The notes: generated from the letters alone by a model not told the origin. A stretch of DNA of 64,000 nucleotides from Candidatus Heimdallarchaeota archaeon (GCA_011364965.1 RDOB01000004.1:392769-456768), one strand, 5' to 3'; numbered from the stretch's first letter, positions 42,939-54,269 are shown. Program-made: numbers and translations.

Positions 42939-43985
42939 CTATTCTTGAAATTCTTGAAATGCCTCAAACACGACATATTCATCTAAAGGCTTTCGAGGAG
43001 CGGCCTCAGGCCAAACCTCAGGTTCTCCTAACGGACTGAAACAAATCAAACGGTATTTCTCAGGAATTTGAAGAAAAGTTTTAAGTTGAGATTCAGGGAA
43101 AAAAGTCGTATAAAATCCTGTACCATACCCCAGATTGCGAGCTGCAATCATAAAATACGCAGCTGCAAACATACCATCTTGAAGAGTATACTCAGGATAT
43201 TTCACAGTGGTATCAACTAAAATAACAATATATAGGGGAGCAGAGAAGATTTTATCAAGGGTTTGGGTTAAGGAAGTCTTTAATTCATCAATTTCTGCAG
43301 GAGAAGAAGTTCGGTGTTCCTGATACCTCTGGAGGTACCAGCTAAGCACTTCTGTCTTCAATTTCCTCATAGTTTCTGGATTTTGCATGACAAGGAACTT
43401 CCAAGGTTGTTGGTTCCCTGCACTGGGAGCATACTTCACCGAATCTAGAATTTTCAACAGATGGGCTTTAGGAATAGATTTTGATTTAAATTTACGAATA
43501 GTACGTCTACTTTTGAGAATAGAAAAGAGATATTCTTGATCAGTGGAATAACGGATTGCTTCCACTGGATTGGTACTAAAACGAGTGATAGGGGAGCAGA
43601 TATCAGAAAATACTTTCCATAAGCCATTTTCACGACGGAAAAGTAAAGTAAAATAGGAATCCAAGCCTGTGATTTGTTGAGTGTCTGGATCTTGCTCTCT
43701 ATAATAAAAAAGAGCCATAGTATAACCAAAAGATGGAGATTCAAATATCTTAATTAATTCAGCAGACATTTCCCAATTCCTCGTTTTGAACCATTCATCA
43801 TGGAAATTATAATAATCCTTGAGTGAATCAATGAGAACTCCTCGGGCAGAAATGAAAAAGAAATCTTCCTTATCAGTGACGGTAGTAAATAATCTCTGAA
43901 GATCTGCTTTTTGAACTGCATCTACATAAAGAGAAAAAACTTCTTTTAAAGAAAGAGAAGGATGATTTTCCTGCGGAATAGACAT
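42939..43985 (-). CDS. SnoaL/NTF2-like plus nitroreductase fusion protein
   Basis: N-terminal FTLLFRRENGLWK (NTF2-like); C-terminal RRTIRKF, APSAGNQQPW, ARNLGYGT. Confidence 0.85.
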   Translation of the reverse strand: MSIPQENHPSLSLKEVFSLYVDAVQKADLQRLFTTVTDKEDFFFISARGVLIDSLKDYYNFHDEWFKTRNWEMSAELIKIFESPSFGYTMALFYYREQDPDTQQITGLDSYFTLLFRRENGLWKVFSDICSPITRFSTNPVEAIRYSTDQEYLFSILKSRRTIRKFKSKSIPKAHLLKILDSVKYAPSAGNQQPWKFLVMQNPETMRKLKTEVLSWYLQRYQEHRTSSPAEIDELKTSLTQTLDKIFSAPLYIVILVDTTVKYPEYTLQDGMFAAAYFMIAARNLGYGTGFYTTFFPESQLKTFLQIPEKYRLICFSPLGEPEVWPEAAPRKPLDEYVVFEAFQEFQE

Positions 43986-44109
43986 AGAATCAACAACCTG
44001 ACCTACAACACTAGTAAGTAAACGTAAAGTCTTAGCAATTATACCTATTTAAGAAACAAGATACTGGTAAAAAAGCTAGTGTTAATTTTATATAATTTAC
44101 TAACTAATA

Positions 44110-45102
44110 ATGAACCGTAATAGGTTATTTTCCAAAAATATAAGTTGTGATTTATCGATGAATCTTAGGAAAAGGATTTTCAGTTATGATAGGGATTTAG
44201 ATTTAGCTAGAGAATTTTTATTAGAAGTTTACGAGGAACTTGGAGATTTAAATTATTTAATACCAACTAAAATAGAAAATCATAAATTTGGGCCTTGTGG
44301 ATCGATCTATACAACAGAAGATGACAAAGATATTTTAATTTGGGAACTAAACGATCACGATGGTGTTAGTAACATTATTGCGGTTTCCCATAGAGGTGGA
44401 GCGGCTAATTACCATTTAGAAATTCTTCCTCAATTCAAATCCCTTGAAAAACAGATCTTCTTAGACTTAGAGGACTATGAGAGATCAATAAGAGGGAATA
44501 GCAAACGAATCATTCATTACACAGTCGAAACTGACACAGATAGATCAAAAGTATTAGAAGAATTAAACTATCACTTAGTTGAATTACATGAATTTAATTA
44601 TAAAATATCACTAGTACATTCGATTTCAAAAGTAGATTTACCCCCAAAATTCAAGATATATAATATTAAAAGTTCAAAAACAGATATTAATAAATTTCAG
44701 AAATGCTTAGGAGCAATATATCCTCATTGCGCAGAATATGCCTCAATAGAAAGGATACAATTCCTTCATAACGCGGAATTTTACCATGAGGACTTAGACC
44801 TTGCAATGGTATCTACTGAAGGAGACTTTATTTCGGTTTGTCAATTCCGATTAGATCCATATACAAGGATAGCTGAATTAGAATTGATTGGAACATTAAA
44901 AGAATATAGAGAACATCATATAGAGGAACATTTAATTAATGAGGGATTACAGAGATTAAGGAAATATAACCCAAGAGAAATATACTCGGTGGAAATAAAC
45001 ATTAATGATGAATATTATAATTCCATACTCCAATCAATAGGATTTATTATCACTGAAAAGCTGTATATGTGGGAGAAACCATTGAATAAATCAATATCGT
45101 AA
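44110..45102 (+). CDS. Tandem GNAT-like acetyltransferase
   Basis: AELELIGTLKEYR, EGLQRLRK, QSIGF. Confidence 0.65.
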   Translation: MNRNRLFSKNISCDLSMNLRKRIFSYDRDLDLAREFLLEVYEELGDLNYLIPTKIENHKFGPCGSIYTTEDDKDILIWELNDHDGVSNIIAVSHRGGAANYHLEILPQFKSLEKQIFLDLEDYERSIRGNSKRIIHYTVETDTDRSKVLEELNYHLVELHEFNYKISLVHSISKVDLPPKFKIYNIKSSKTDINKFQKCLGAIYPHCAEYASIERIQFLHNAEFYHEDLDLAMVSTEGDFISVCQFRLDPYTRIAELELIGTLKEYREHHIEEHLINEGLQRLRKYNPREIYSVEININDEYYNSILQSIGFIITEKLYMWEKPLNKSIS

Positions 45103-45360
45103 ACATTAATGTCCGTTCGTTTTCTTTACATGCTTTTATTCTGAAAAAACTCGTCCACACTAATCCCTAGCTAAAATATGAGTGAAAGACCAGGAAGAAA
45201 ATATACTGGGATCTCTAGCTTCAAAGATAGCTAATTGAAAAAGATTGAGAATATAAAATCACATCTTAGAATATTCTAGGATTGTATGTATCCTAGGCTA
45301 GTGGGATAATTTACTTAGGCAATCCAACAGAAAATTGTTTCTTTGTCTCTGAGTTTGATT

Positions 45361-46647
45361 CTACTGAGTAGATTGGTATTGCATCTTCAATACATTCCAT
45401 AACTGAAAAAACACATAACTTGCTGCTGTACAGAAGAATAGGATCAGAATCCCAGGGATTAGGTAAAATTCAACGACCTTATTCATATGATAGGGACTTT
45501 CAACTTCTCCAGAATTATAATACCCAAGTTTATATTCCAAATCGTCTTCTGATTCCCAAGGAATATCTTTCGAAATATTGTAAGGAAAATAATCATATTC
45601 AAAAAGCAAAACAATAATGAAAATAACTGAAAATGTTATAGCAAGAATTCCAGAATATTTACAGGTTTTAAAACTGCGGAGGAGGTTAGGTAATTCTTGA
45701 TTGTTCGAAACATCTTTCATTTTGAAGAAATGAGTAAAAGAAGGAATACCAATCGCTCCAAATGCAACCATCAACCGTCCTGCATGAACACTCGAAAATC
45801 CAAAGAGAAGACCTAGGCCAAAGATCCCAGTCAAGTAAAATATGTAGTTTTTTGGAGAAAGGTTTCTCCTCATCCAAGTACAGGAGAATAAATAGACAAA
45901 TCCAAACCCAATCGAGATTGCAATTCTGAGGGGAGATAGATAGATTCCCTCCTCGTAAGTCATCAACGCCAACCAATACTTCCCAAGTAAAGGAATAGGA
46001 ATTAAGAAAGATAATATGATATCTTGATAAATCGTTATAAGGAATAAAACTGAAGGGAGAACTAATGCTAGGTAATATCGATTTAATTTGCTTAACACCA
46101 AACCCACAATAGGGATTAATGGGACCATCACTACAGTTTTATGAATTGACCAAGCTAATAATAAAAATATCCCCGCTTTTTTATACTGCTTATTATAAAA
46201 GCTCTGAATTGCTAATAGAGAAACAGCAACGGAAGAGATTTGTCTTAAAGCAATGCCAAAAATACCAAAAAGGAGGAAGAATAACACAACTGTTCCATCT
46301 TTTTCACTTTCCTCCAAATCCTGAATAAAGAGAAAAAGAGAACCATAAGTGATAAGGGCGAGAATTCCCCAGAAAAATCTTGGTTCTCCAATTTGGTTTG
46401 TTAAAAAGTAGATAAATTCTGTGAGAGGTTCAATTAGGGTGAACTCAAATTCAGTTGCATTGTTAATAATCCCTAGATACCTATTAAAGTCAGCACCAAC
46501 TTGCCACGCAAACGCAGTCACTAAGGCACAATAACTTAAGATCCCATATCTCAGATTGTCATTGTTGAATTTTAGGTTAATTAACGCAACAAAAACAGGT
46601 AATAAATAGACGCAAAAAGTGCTAAAGATATCAAAAACCATTCTCAT
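45361..46647 (-). CDS. EpsG-family (Wzy-like) membrane protein
   Basis: VGADFNRY, EP, LRQISS, SIHKT, GRL; multi-TM. Confidence 0.75.
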   Translation of the reverse strand: MRMVFDIFSTFCVYLLPVFVALINLKFNNDNLRYGILSYCALVTAFAWQVGADFNRYLGIINNATEFEFTLIEPLTEFIYFLTNQIGEPRFFWGILALITYGSLFLFIQDLEESEKDGTVVLFFLLFGIFGIALRQISSVAVSLLAIQSFYNKQYKKAGIFLLLAWSIHKTVVMVPLIPIVGLVLSKLNRYYLALVLPSVLFLITIYQDIILSFLIPIPLLGKYWLALMTYEEGIYLSPLRIAISIGFGFVYLFSCTWMRRNLSPKNYIFYLTGIFGLGLLFGFSSVHAGRLMVAFGAIGIPSFTHFFKMKDVSNNQELPNLLRSFKTCKYSGILAITFSVIFIIVLLFEYDYFPYNISKDIPWESEDDLEYKLGYYNSGEVESPYHMNKVVEFYLIPGILILFFCTAASYVFFQLWNVLKMQYQSTQ

Positions 46648-46938
46648 AACCTAAATCTGCTGTTAGAAGGTAAAACAAACATAGTCATAGCATATGGATT
46701 TCGATCAGGTATGTTGCAATTTTACCTTGAGTAGTATTGCTTGATTATATATGAATATCACTCCCTGCAATCAATTCAACCTCCCATCGATTATTAAAAA
46801 AGCGTTCCACTTAATAACTGAGGGGAGTCATTTTTTAATTTTAAAGTTTATTTCTATTTTCAGGTTGAAATTTAATAGGAAATACACCGAAAATAGAGTG
46901 CTTTCAAAAGGAGATGAAAAGCTCTGAACTTCTGGGAA

Positions 46939-48057
46939 ATGGTGAATGATTTTCATCAAAAAGTGTACATGCATTACGAGAATGGTAGAGAAGGTCTAGC
47001 AGCAATCGAAACACTACAAAGTATCTTAGGAGAGTATACAGACTATACATACTCCATGCGTCACCCAATAGGGGCTAAATTGCTCAGAGCATCCCCAGAG
47101 GATTATCAGTGGAACATCCAATTTGCCAAGAAAATAACCCTCTTCAGCACAATATATGGAGCGGACAAAGTTCTTGCCCGTTTAGATAAACCTACAGAGG
47201 TGTATCAGGCGCTAACGGAAATAGAAGTTGCTCTAAAATTAAAAATTGCAGGCTTAAATATCTCATTTATAGAACAGTCTCCTACAGAGCAACGACCAGA
47301 TCTAGTAGTAGAAGCTAACTCTCAGGAGTATAATATTCTAGTAATCCCTCTCAATACACCAGAACATGATATCCAACTCAACGACTTCTATTTTGTGATA
47401 ATTAACAACTTGATTAAGGCTCGAAAACCCATCCTCTATGGCGGAGTCATAACCAAAGCCCTAAAAGATGCAGAACTCAAGCTCTTTCTGCAAAAACTAA
47501 AAGAAAAAGTTAATGAGGCATTAGAAAAGGATCAAATCATCATCGTAAATGAAGAGGGGTATGTAACGATTGGGATTGCACCAGAACATCTACAGGAGAG
47601 CCTACCAGAAGAGTATGCCAATGGATTCCGATTTAGTCCGATAACTGCTAGAGTAGTGGAGGAGCGAATTGTCGATATAATTACTAAGAAAAAAACTCAT
47701 TTAGATCTAAAACAATTCAAACAACACCCCAACATTCTGGTGATACATAACCATACAAGTGGGTGGAAGCCAGAAGAGATTTTGAAGAACGCGGGTCCAA
47801 CTATTGACCCCCTCCTAGGTACCTCCACCAATTTAATAGGCCTCATCCTAATCACGCAGCAACGTTGGTGGAGGACTGGAGAAACCCCAAGGAAAGAGAC
47901 TTTAGAGAATAAAATCCTCGTGACACAAGCTCCCGCCATTCAGGAATCGGAAGCAACCCTGATCTGGCCAAATCCGCAAACTAACAAATCAATTCCTGAG
48001 AGAATAATTGAGGCGTTTACCGACTATCAACCACATCTAGAGGAGTTTTTTGCATAG
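46939..48057 (+). CDS. Hypothetical protein with degenerate PD-(D/E)xK-like fold
   Basis: EIEVA...RPDLVV followed by a beta strand lacking the ExK. Confidence 0.45.
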   Translation: MVNDFHQKVYMHYENGREGLAAIETLQSILGEYTDYTYSMRHPIGAKLLRASPEDYQWNIQFAKKITLFSTIYGADKVLARLDKPTEVYQALTEIEVALKLKIAGLNISFIEQSPTEQRPDLVVEANSQEYNILVIPLNTPEHDIQLNDFYFVIINNLIKARKPILYGGVITKALKDAELKLFLQKLKEKVNEALEKDQIIIVNEEGYVTIGIAPEHLQESLPEEYANGFRFSPITARVVEERIVDIITKKKTHLDLKQFKQHPNILVIHNHTSGWKPEEILKNAGPTIDPLLGTSTNLIGLILITQQRWWRTGETPRKETLENKILVTQAPAIQESEATLIWPNPQTNKSIPERIIEAFTDYQPHLEEFFA

Positions 48058-48307
48058 CTATATCTATCCATATAATTCCATGAATGGAAAAAAGAACAGT
48101 AAAAAAAGCGTTAGATCAAAAGCCAATTTGTGTAAACATCCATAATGCGATTTCAATAGCTATCTAACAAGGGAACCTCTCAGTTTTCACACTTTTCTTG
48201 AAATAGGAGCCCTCCTTCGGTTTGGTACATGTATCAAGGGATAATGCCAAGACATTAAGAAGGTTGAAACGTATGGGACGATAAGAAACTCTTCCACCAT
48301 TATCCCG

Positions 48308-49558
48308 TTAGAAATATTTTAGAACCGAATTTGGGAACTTTTTCTTCCATTTCTGGAATTCTAAGCAGCAGGGATATAGAAGTATAAGTCCAAGAATCCA
48401 AACAATCAGAGTAATTTGGACTGAAAAACCTTTTACCAAATTTGTAACCTCAGGAATAGCGGCATATAAGAGCAAATGCGTACAATAAAAATATAAGGCT
48501 GAAGATCCAAAAACTAGGATAGGTTTCACTAATTTCTGAAATCTTAAGTCTTCCTCGAAATAAAAACCAAAAGCTAAAGCGAGACACATGCCCCCAAGTG
48601 TCCAGAGTAAAAATACCATTGAAGGGGGGTATTTGGACATAAAAAAATAATTCTGAAAAGCAAAAGCATTATCAATCAGAACTCCTGTATCTTGCCAGAT
48701 TGGGAAGTAATTAAAGGGAAATCCTTGAGTTGTACGAAGGATGAAGAAGGATAACAGGAACGCTCCCCCAATGGTAAATAACTGTTTTGAAATAGTTCGA
48801 TTTGAAATCGCATCTTGTTTTTGCTTTAATATCCACCGGCCTAAGACTATACCCATACCCATGACGCCTAGCCATGGATCAAGGGGATATAAGCCGTAAG
48901 GCCACACTGGATTATATGTCATGGCATTAAACCAATTTTTAAAAAATTCATTTTGAAAAAATCCCCCCAAATTTCCCATATTAAAAATTGAGAAACTAAT
49001 AGGATGAGCACCTGGATTAAATATGGGGTTCCATATAAATTCAGCAAAAATAGGTGATAAGAGAAGAAGAAGGGAGAAAAAAAGGATCACTTTTGTATTA
49101 AGTTTACGTATAAATGCAAAAAGGATGAAACCAACACCAATGGCTGCAAGAACTCCGAAATATAAAAATCCAGCCTCAAATAGGGGAGCAATTAAGAGCC
49201 ATTCAATCAGGAGAAGAATTACCCCCCGAATAATATAATGTTCTGTGATCTCCTTTTGGGAGAGTCCTTGCTCTAGTCTTCTTGATTCGAAAAATACCAT
49301 TGAAGTACCAGCTAGACATATAAAAGTCGGAGCACACCAATGGGATACAAATCGGATAAAGAATTGTAACAAATCAGGTAAAATAGGAGGACGACTAGCA
49401 TAGTAGAATTCACCAAAGAGTCTTCCTGAATTCCAGTAAGTGGATGCATGATCAAGTGCCATTAAGACCATTGCTAATCCTCGTACAAGATCAATAGCAG
49501 CTATTCGTCCGATTAATTTCTCATATTTCGGAAAGGGAGATTCACCTTCGACTGTCAT
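48308..49558 (-). CDS. DUF1624/heparan-alpha-glucosaminide N-acetyltransferase-like membrane protein
   Basis: RIAAIDLVRGLAMVLMALDH, SHWCAPTF, KYPPS. Confidence 0.88.
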   Translation of the reverse strand: MTVEGESPFPKYEKLIGRIAAIDLVRGLAMVLMALDHASTYWNSGRLFGEFYYASRPPILPDLLQFFIRFVSHWCAPTFICLAGTSMVFFESRRLEQGLSQKEITEHYIIRGVILLLIEWLLIAPLFEAGFLYFGVLAAIGVGFILFAFIRKLNTKVILFFSLLLLLSPIFAEFIWNPIFNPGAHPISFSIFNMGNLGGFFQNEFFKNWFNAMTYNPVWPYGLYPLDPWLGVMGMGIVLGRWILKQKQDAISNRTISKQLFTIGGAFLLSFFILRTTQGFPFNYFPIWQDTGVLIDNAFAFQNYFFMSKYPPSMVFLLWTLGGMCLALAFGFYFEEDLRFQKLVKPILVFGSSALYFYCTHLLLYAAIPEVTNLVKGFSVQITLIVWILGLILLYPCCLEFQKWKKKFPNSVLKYF

Positions 49559-49754
49559 CCTACAAAGATCCTATGAATTTTTTCCTCAATGGCTCCTGAT
49601 CTTCCTTTCTAATTCGTGATTGATTTAAATATATTGAATGTGGAAGAGAAAAAAGTGAATCAGGTGGATTAATTTTACTTACAGGAATAGAGGGGAAATT
49701 ACCAGATAAATGTCAAGACAATTGCTTTCATTTTAATTACTTATACCTACTTAT

Positions 49755-50746
49755 TCACTCAATACCAATCACTATTCGTCCTTTAGCATGGCCTGTTTCG
49801 TAATGGCGGTGTGCCTCAGATACTTTACTTAAAGGATAGACTGTATCAATCACTGGTACAATTTTACCCTCCTCAATCCATTGACGAATTTGTTCCATAG
49901 CTGTGGCACTCTCATCTGCTGTTCCTGATTTTAATCTCTTAATCCCTGTAATCATATGGAAAAGAGACCTTGGATTAGTTACGGGATTATTGGAGACAAA
50001 GACTCCCGTTTCTGTAAGAATATTCTTACATTTCGACAGATTAGATGCTCCTATGGTATCAAAAATTATATCATACTTGATTTCCCCCTTAGTGTAATCT
50101 TCCTTCGCATAATCTATAACAAAGTCTGCTCCAATGGATTTTACCATATCCATATTTGTAGGGCCACATACTCCAGTAACTTCCGCACCATATACATTTT
50201 TAGCCATTTGAACGGCAAAAGTTCCAATTCCTCCAGAAGCACCAATAATTAAAACTTTATCCCCTTCTTTCGGGGTCGCTAGATCTCTAAACGCAATTAA
50301 TGCCGGTGTAGAACCACCTGGGACTGCTGCAGCTTCTTGAAAGGTTAAATTTTTAGGTTTCTTTGCAAGAATATCTGAAGGAACACACAAATATTTCGCG
50401 TATGCCCCTCCAGTTTCGGAGAAACCATAAACCTGATCTCCGATTTTCCAATCGGTTATCTCTTCACCCACAGCTACAATTTCTCCAACAAATCCTAAGC
50501 CTGGAACTCTCATCCTTGGTTTTCTAATTCCAGTAAGCCCTATTCGCAAAAAGGAGTAGTAATCTGTCTCATCGGTGAGAAAATTGCTTTAGGAGCTTTA
50601 CCGCTCCTATAAAGTATATCTCCTGTGTTAATTGATGAACCATAGTTACGAATTAAGACTTCCCTATCTTTTGGACGTGGTTGTTCTATTTCTGCTAACT
50701 CAAGGACATTTGGTGACCCAAACTTTCTCTGTACAATTGCTTGCAT
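49755..50746 (-). pseudogene. MDR-family NAD(P)-dependent oxidoreductase split by a 1-nt frameshift
   Basis: MQAIVQRKFGSPNVL N-terminus and GASGGIGT...GHAKGRIV C-terminus join as TPFLRIG if the A5 run at 50548-50552 has one more base. Confidence 0.85.
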
Positions 50747-50759
50747 CGTATAAGTATCC

Positions 50760-51809
50760 TTAACTAGCTGAAGAATGGTTTCCTTCCTCAAGCAATCCAT
50801 AGAGCTTGATATTCCTGGAAATTGTACTGAAAATATCAACAAGTCCCGCAAGAACTCCTAGTACCGCAAAAAATAGTAAAATGTTTTCCGATAATGGTAA
50901 AACTTCAAGAAGCAAGTGGAGATTTACCAAAACGTACAAACTTAAACCCAAGTCCACCACCCCTCCAATAAGCAGGATAATATTCATGTTGAGATGGAAT
51001 TTCATATCATCTGTTCTTATTTTCGCCAAATTAGTGATTCCAACAATTACTGAGACTATTCCCATGATAACCAATAATGTTTGCAATTCTACCGAAATAC
51101 TGACAAGTTCGGTGCTAAAAGCTGACGGATCGGAACCAACCAATCCAATGATAAATCCCACGATAATTCTGAACAGATTCAATAAATCAATTGGTAATAT
51201 AATGATAATTAAACCAAAAAAGATACCTAATATCCCACTAAGTACAAATTCATCAGGTTTATAATACTGCGATTTAGGGTCTTCTTCCTTATCAGCTTTT
51301 TTATCCTCATCCAGCACCAGATCCTTCGGGAAATAACCTTCATCAGATAAACCAACGAAGATGGCTATTACCACCAGTATGAATGTAATTATAACAGGAT
51401 AAGAGGTTGTTAGCGTATTAGCTACAGCCTGTTGAAGATTGTTAGGTTCAACAATAACTATTTGAACAATCATAATCAAACCGAATAAAATAGCAATAAG
51501 ATACAAATTCACTTTCATATAAATGGACCATAATTCCTCCGAAATGAAATATTTGGGATTTCCCCGCTTTTTATAATTTCTTGCGATCTCTTTAGGATTC
51601 CCGAGGCGAGTGATCGCTTCTTGAACGCTGGCTGTATTGGGTTCTTCTGATCCAGCAATTTCTTGAGCGCTATCCCAGATATGGGAGCTAATTTCTAGCA
51701 TAATATCGTCTAATTTTTCCTCATTGCTTTTGAGCCAATCTGGTAAATGTTTCTTAATTTCCTTGAGGAAATTCTCTACTAGTTTTTCGTTTTCTAATGT
51801 CATTTTCAA
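50760..51809 (-). CDS. HAAS-domain membrane protein (PadR-associated)
   Basis: FLKEIKKHLP...EISSHI...AITRLGNPKEIARNY followed by about 6 TM segments. Confidence 0.75.
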   Translation of the reverse strand: MKMTLENEKLVENFLKEIKKHLPDWLKSNEEKLDDIMLEISSHIWDSAQEIAGSEEPNTASVQEAITRLGNPKEIARNYKKRGNPKYFISEELWSIYMKVNLYLIAILFGLIMIVQIVIVEPNNLQQAVANTLTTSYPVIITFILVVIAIFVGLSDEGYFPKDLVLDEDKKADKEEDPKSQYYKPDEFVLSGILGIFFGLIIIILPIDLLNLFRIIVGFIIGLVGSDPSAFSTELVSISVELQTLLVIMGIVSVIVGITNLAKIRTDDMKFHLNMNIILLIGGVVDLGLSLYVLVNLHLLLEVLPLSENILLFFAVLGVLAGLVDIFSTISRNIKLYGLLEEGNHSSAS

Positions 51810-51820
51810 TTCTCCTAATG

Positions 51821-52357
51821 TTAAGTACTTAGCTTAAATCCACAAATTTCACAGTATTGAGCATCTTTCTCCGAATACTCAATTCTAGTCTTACAGTTCT
51901 GGCAAAAAATATATTTTTCATCATTCAAGATGATTTGGAAATCAGTTATCGCTGAGATTGCTTCAAGTAGTTTGAGGAAAAACCCCTCTAAATGGGACAA
52001 CACTCTTGCACCTTCCTCTGTAAGATAGTAATATTTTCTAGGGCGATCTCCCTCAATATGTTTATATGATTGAACTAAAGAAAGCTCACTATTTTTTGAT
52101 TGCCATTTCTCAAGATTTCTCAATAGTGGATAGAGAGTGCCTTCTTTAATAATCAACATATCATTTGTTAACTCCTTGAGATCTTTGAGGAGTTGATATC
52201 CATACACCCCAGTTTTTCCATGTTTTTTAACTACCTTAAGAATACAGATCTTACCTATTCCGCGTAATAGATCACTTTCAAAGTTTTCCAAAAATTTACG
52301 ATGAGCTTCAGACTCTATTACGGTAGATAAGTCGTTACCTTTGATGTTATTAATCAA
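51821..52357 (-). CDS. PadR-family regulator with C-terminal zinc ribbon
   Basis: YGYQL, EGTLYPLL, PRKYYYLTEEG; CQNC...CEICG. Confidence 0.9.
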   Translation of the reverse strand: MINNIKGNDLSTVIESEAHRKFLENFESDLLRGIGKICILKVVKKHGKTGVYGYQLLKDLKELTNDMLIIKEGTLYPLLRNLEKWQSKNSELSLVQSYKHIEGDRPRKYYYLTEEGARVLSHLEGFFLKLLEAISAITDFQIILNDEKYIFCQNCKTRIEYSEKDAQYCEICGFKLST

Positions 52358-52370
52358 AATGTATCACCTA

Positions 52371-52421
52371 CAATACTGTATTTACAATTATACTGTATCT
52401 GATACAATACTATATTACATA
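52371..52421. promoter_or_regulatory. Three ATACT(G/A)TAT repeats at 17-bp period upstream of padR
   Basis: Cores at 52373, 52390 and 52407; includes the TGTATC-T-GATACA palindrome. Confidence 0.6.
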
Positions 52422-52718
52422 TTTATACTTTTGCATTTCGTCATTAAGTGCTTTTCTAACGAAGCACCCCTCGGATTCTAAACCAGATGTTGTGAACACC
52501 TATTCTGTGGCTTCTCTATCTAACGAGGGTTGCTACAAAAAAATCTCGGTTTCCCCACTATTCGGAAAGGATCTACCTTAATATTCACCTGTCGGTTAAT
52601 CTGAAAAATTTCAAGTTAAGAAAACAATTAATGATGCTAAAAAAAGAATATTTTAAAGAAAATAATGATAAATGATAGAAAAACCACAAATCCTGACATT
52701 TGGTTAACGTTCTGTCAG

Positions 52719-53669
52719 TCAACAGTGGTTCTGAGGTTTTCTTTGAATATACCTCAAGAAGAGGTTATGAAGATGTTGCAAACCATGAGATTCAAGAGTA
52801 ACCATTGTTAAAAGGACAAAAGCACTTCCAATAAGAATCCAAGCAGAATAAGTTATTCTTAAAAAGACTATTTCATAAGAAAAGGGCACGAGGATCTGTA
52901 AGAGTAAATAGAATGCAGTATTAACTGCTCCCATTTTAGATAAGGCATATTGGTACAATCCAAATGTGATAATTGATCCAAAAATCCCTAGAAAGAGGAA
53001 AATAGGAAGAACATTTAATATGATGTCAGTCGGAGGTGGGGCTAAAAAAAAGGATAATACAAAGAGAGGGAGAAATGTATAGATAAGACTTGCATAGAGA
53101 AAACTGAGATAATCAAAGGTACCAGTCTGTAATCGCATATCAGTCATAAATTTATCAGTTAATACTATATTTAATCCCCAAGAAACAGCTGCAACCAACA
53201 AGTATAATGTGCCAATACTGGTGATATTTGAAAAATTATTCCAGTCACCATTATATGAAATAAAAAACATTCCCACTAATGCTAAAAATGCAAGGAAGAT
53301 TATTTCTTTAGAAAGGTTGCTGTGCTTAAGTTTCCAAGTCATAAAAGGCACCATCATAACATAACTGGTAGATAACAGAGTAGCTAACCCCGCAGTGGTT
53401 AAATTTTGGCCAATGGTGGATGATAAATACCCCATAGATATCAAAAATCCAATAACCATAATAGTAGGAGTTTTTAAATAAAGAAGTCCATTTCTATGTT
53501 GTATTTTAGGAATAAACACGCTCATGACTAAAACAGCAATACCAAAACGCATGGTCATGATGAATAATGGGGTACAAGAATCTAAGGCTACACCCACGAA
53601 AATGGGTGCAACCCCCCAAAGAAAGGAACTAGTAAGCATGGCTAATTGAGCACGAGTCATAAATGGCAT
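52719..53669 (-). CDS. DMT/EamA-family transporter
   Basis: LWG, RF, two EamA repeats, about 10 TM segments. Confidence 0.88.
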   Translation of the reverse strand: MPFMTRAQLAMLTSSFLWGVAPIFVGVALDSCTPLFIMTMRFGIAVLVMSVFIPKIQHRNGLLYLKTPTIMVIGFLISMGYLSSTIGQNLTTAGLATLLSTSYVMMVPFMTWKLKHSNLSKEIIFLAFLALVGMFFISYNGDWNNFSNITSIGTLYLLVAAVSWGLNIVLTDKFMTDMRLQTGTFDYLSFLYASLIYTFLPLFVLSFFLAPPPTDIILNVLPIFLFLGIFGSIITFGLYQYALSKMGAVNTAFYLLLQILVPFSYEIVFLRITYSAWILIGSAFVLLTMVTLESHGLQHLHNLFLRYIQRKPQNHC

Positions 53670-54269
53670 AATAATAACAAAGGAAAAAAAGTATTAGTAT
53701 TTATACCAATGCTTCTGCCAATCTCAAGCTTGAACATGGTTAACTTATTTGCTAATACACTAAAACGAAAACTCTTATTCAAGAAGATCCTTACTGCGAT
53801 CAGAGTTTTTAAAAAAAAGATAGGACGAGCTAATTGGTTAGCAACAAAGACAACTGAATACCTAGTTAATCGAAACAATTCGTACCTTAAAGAAAGGTAA
53901 TTCTGGGTTAAACTGGCAATATAGAGAAAATAATTTTATTAAAACAGAAGTATAATGAAATATAATGTGATCAGAATGGATGAAAATGACATATTACTCG
54001 CTGGATTTAAAGGAAATCTTCTTGAAGGAATTTTGGCCGTAATTGGTGCTTTCATTCTTGAATTTGTAATGAATTCATCAGTTACTTATCACCAGAGAAA
54101 TCAATAATATTTAATTATATTTCGGATGAGAGAAAGAGGAACAGGGACTTATTTTAAATGTGGAATCAGCAATATGTGTCATAATTACCTCGTCAGATGT
54201 GAAACTAGAACTTATGCATTTTCCCTATGGTTACCCCTCCTGTGGAGAGATAATATCTTTATACACTAT

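Noticed and set aside
52463-52534. 11-bp imperfect inverted repeat (AGCACCCCTCG/CGAGGGTTGCT)
   Set aside because: A single stem with a mismatch and no supporting inner structure or family motif.
53646-53900. Overlapping 84-aa and 73-aa ORFs on both strands
   Set aside because: No recognisable motifs; probably the promoter region of the EamA gene.
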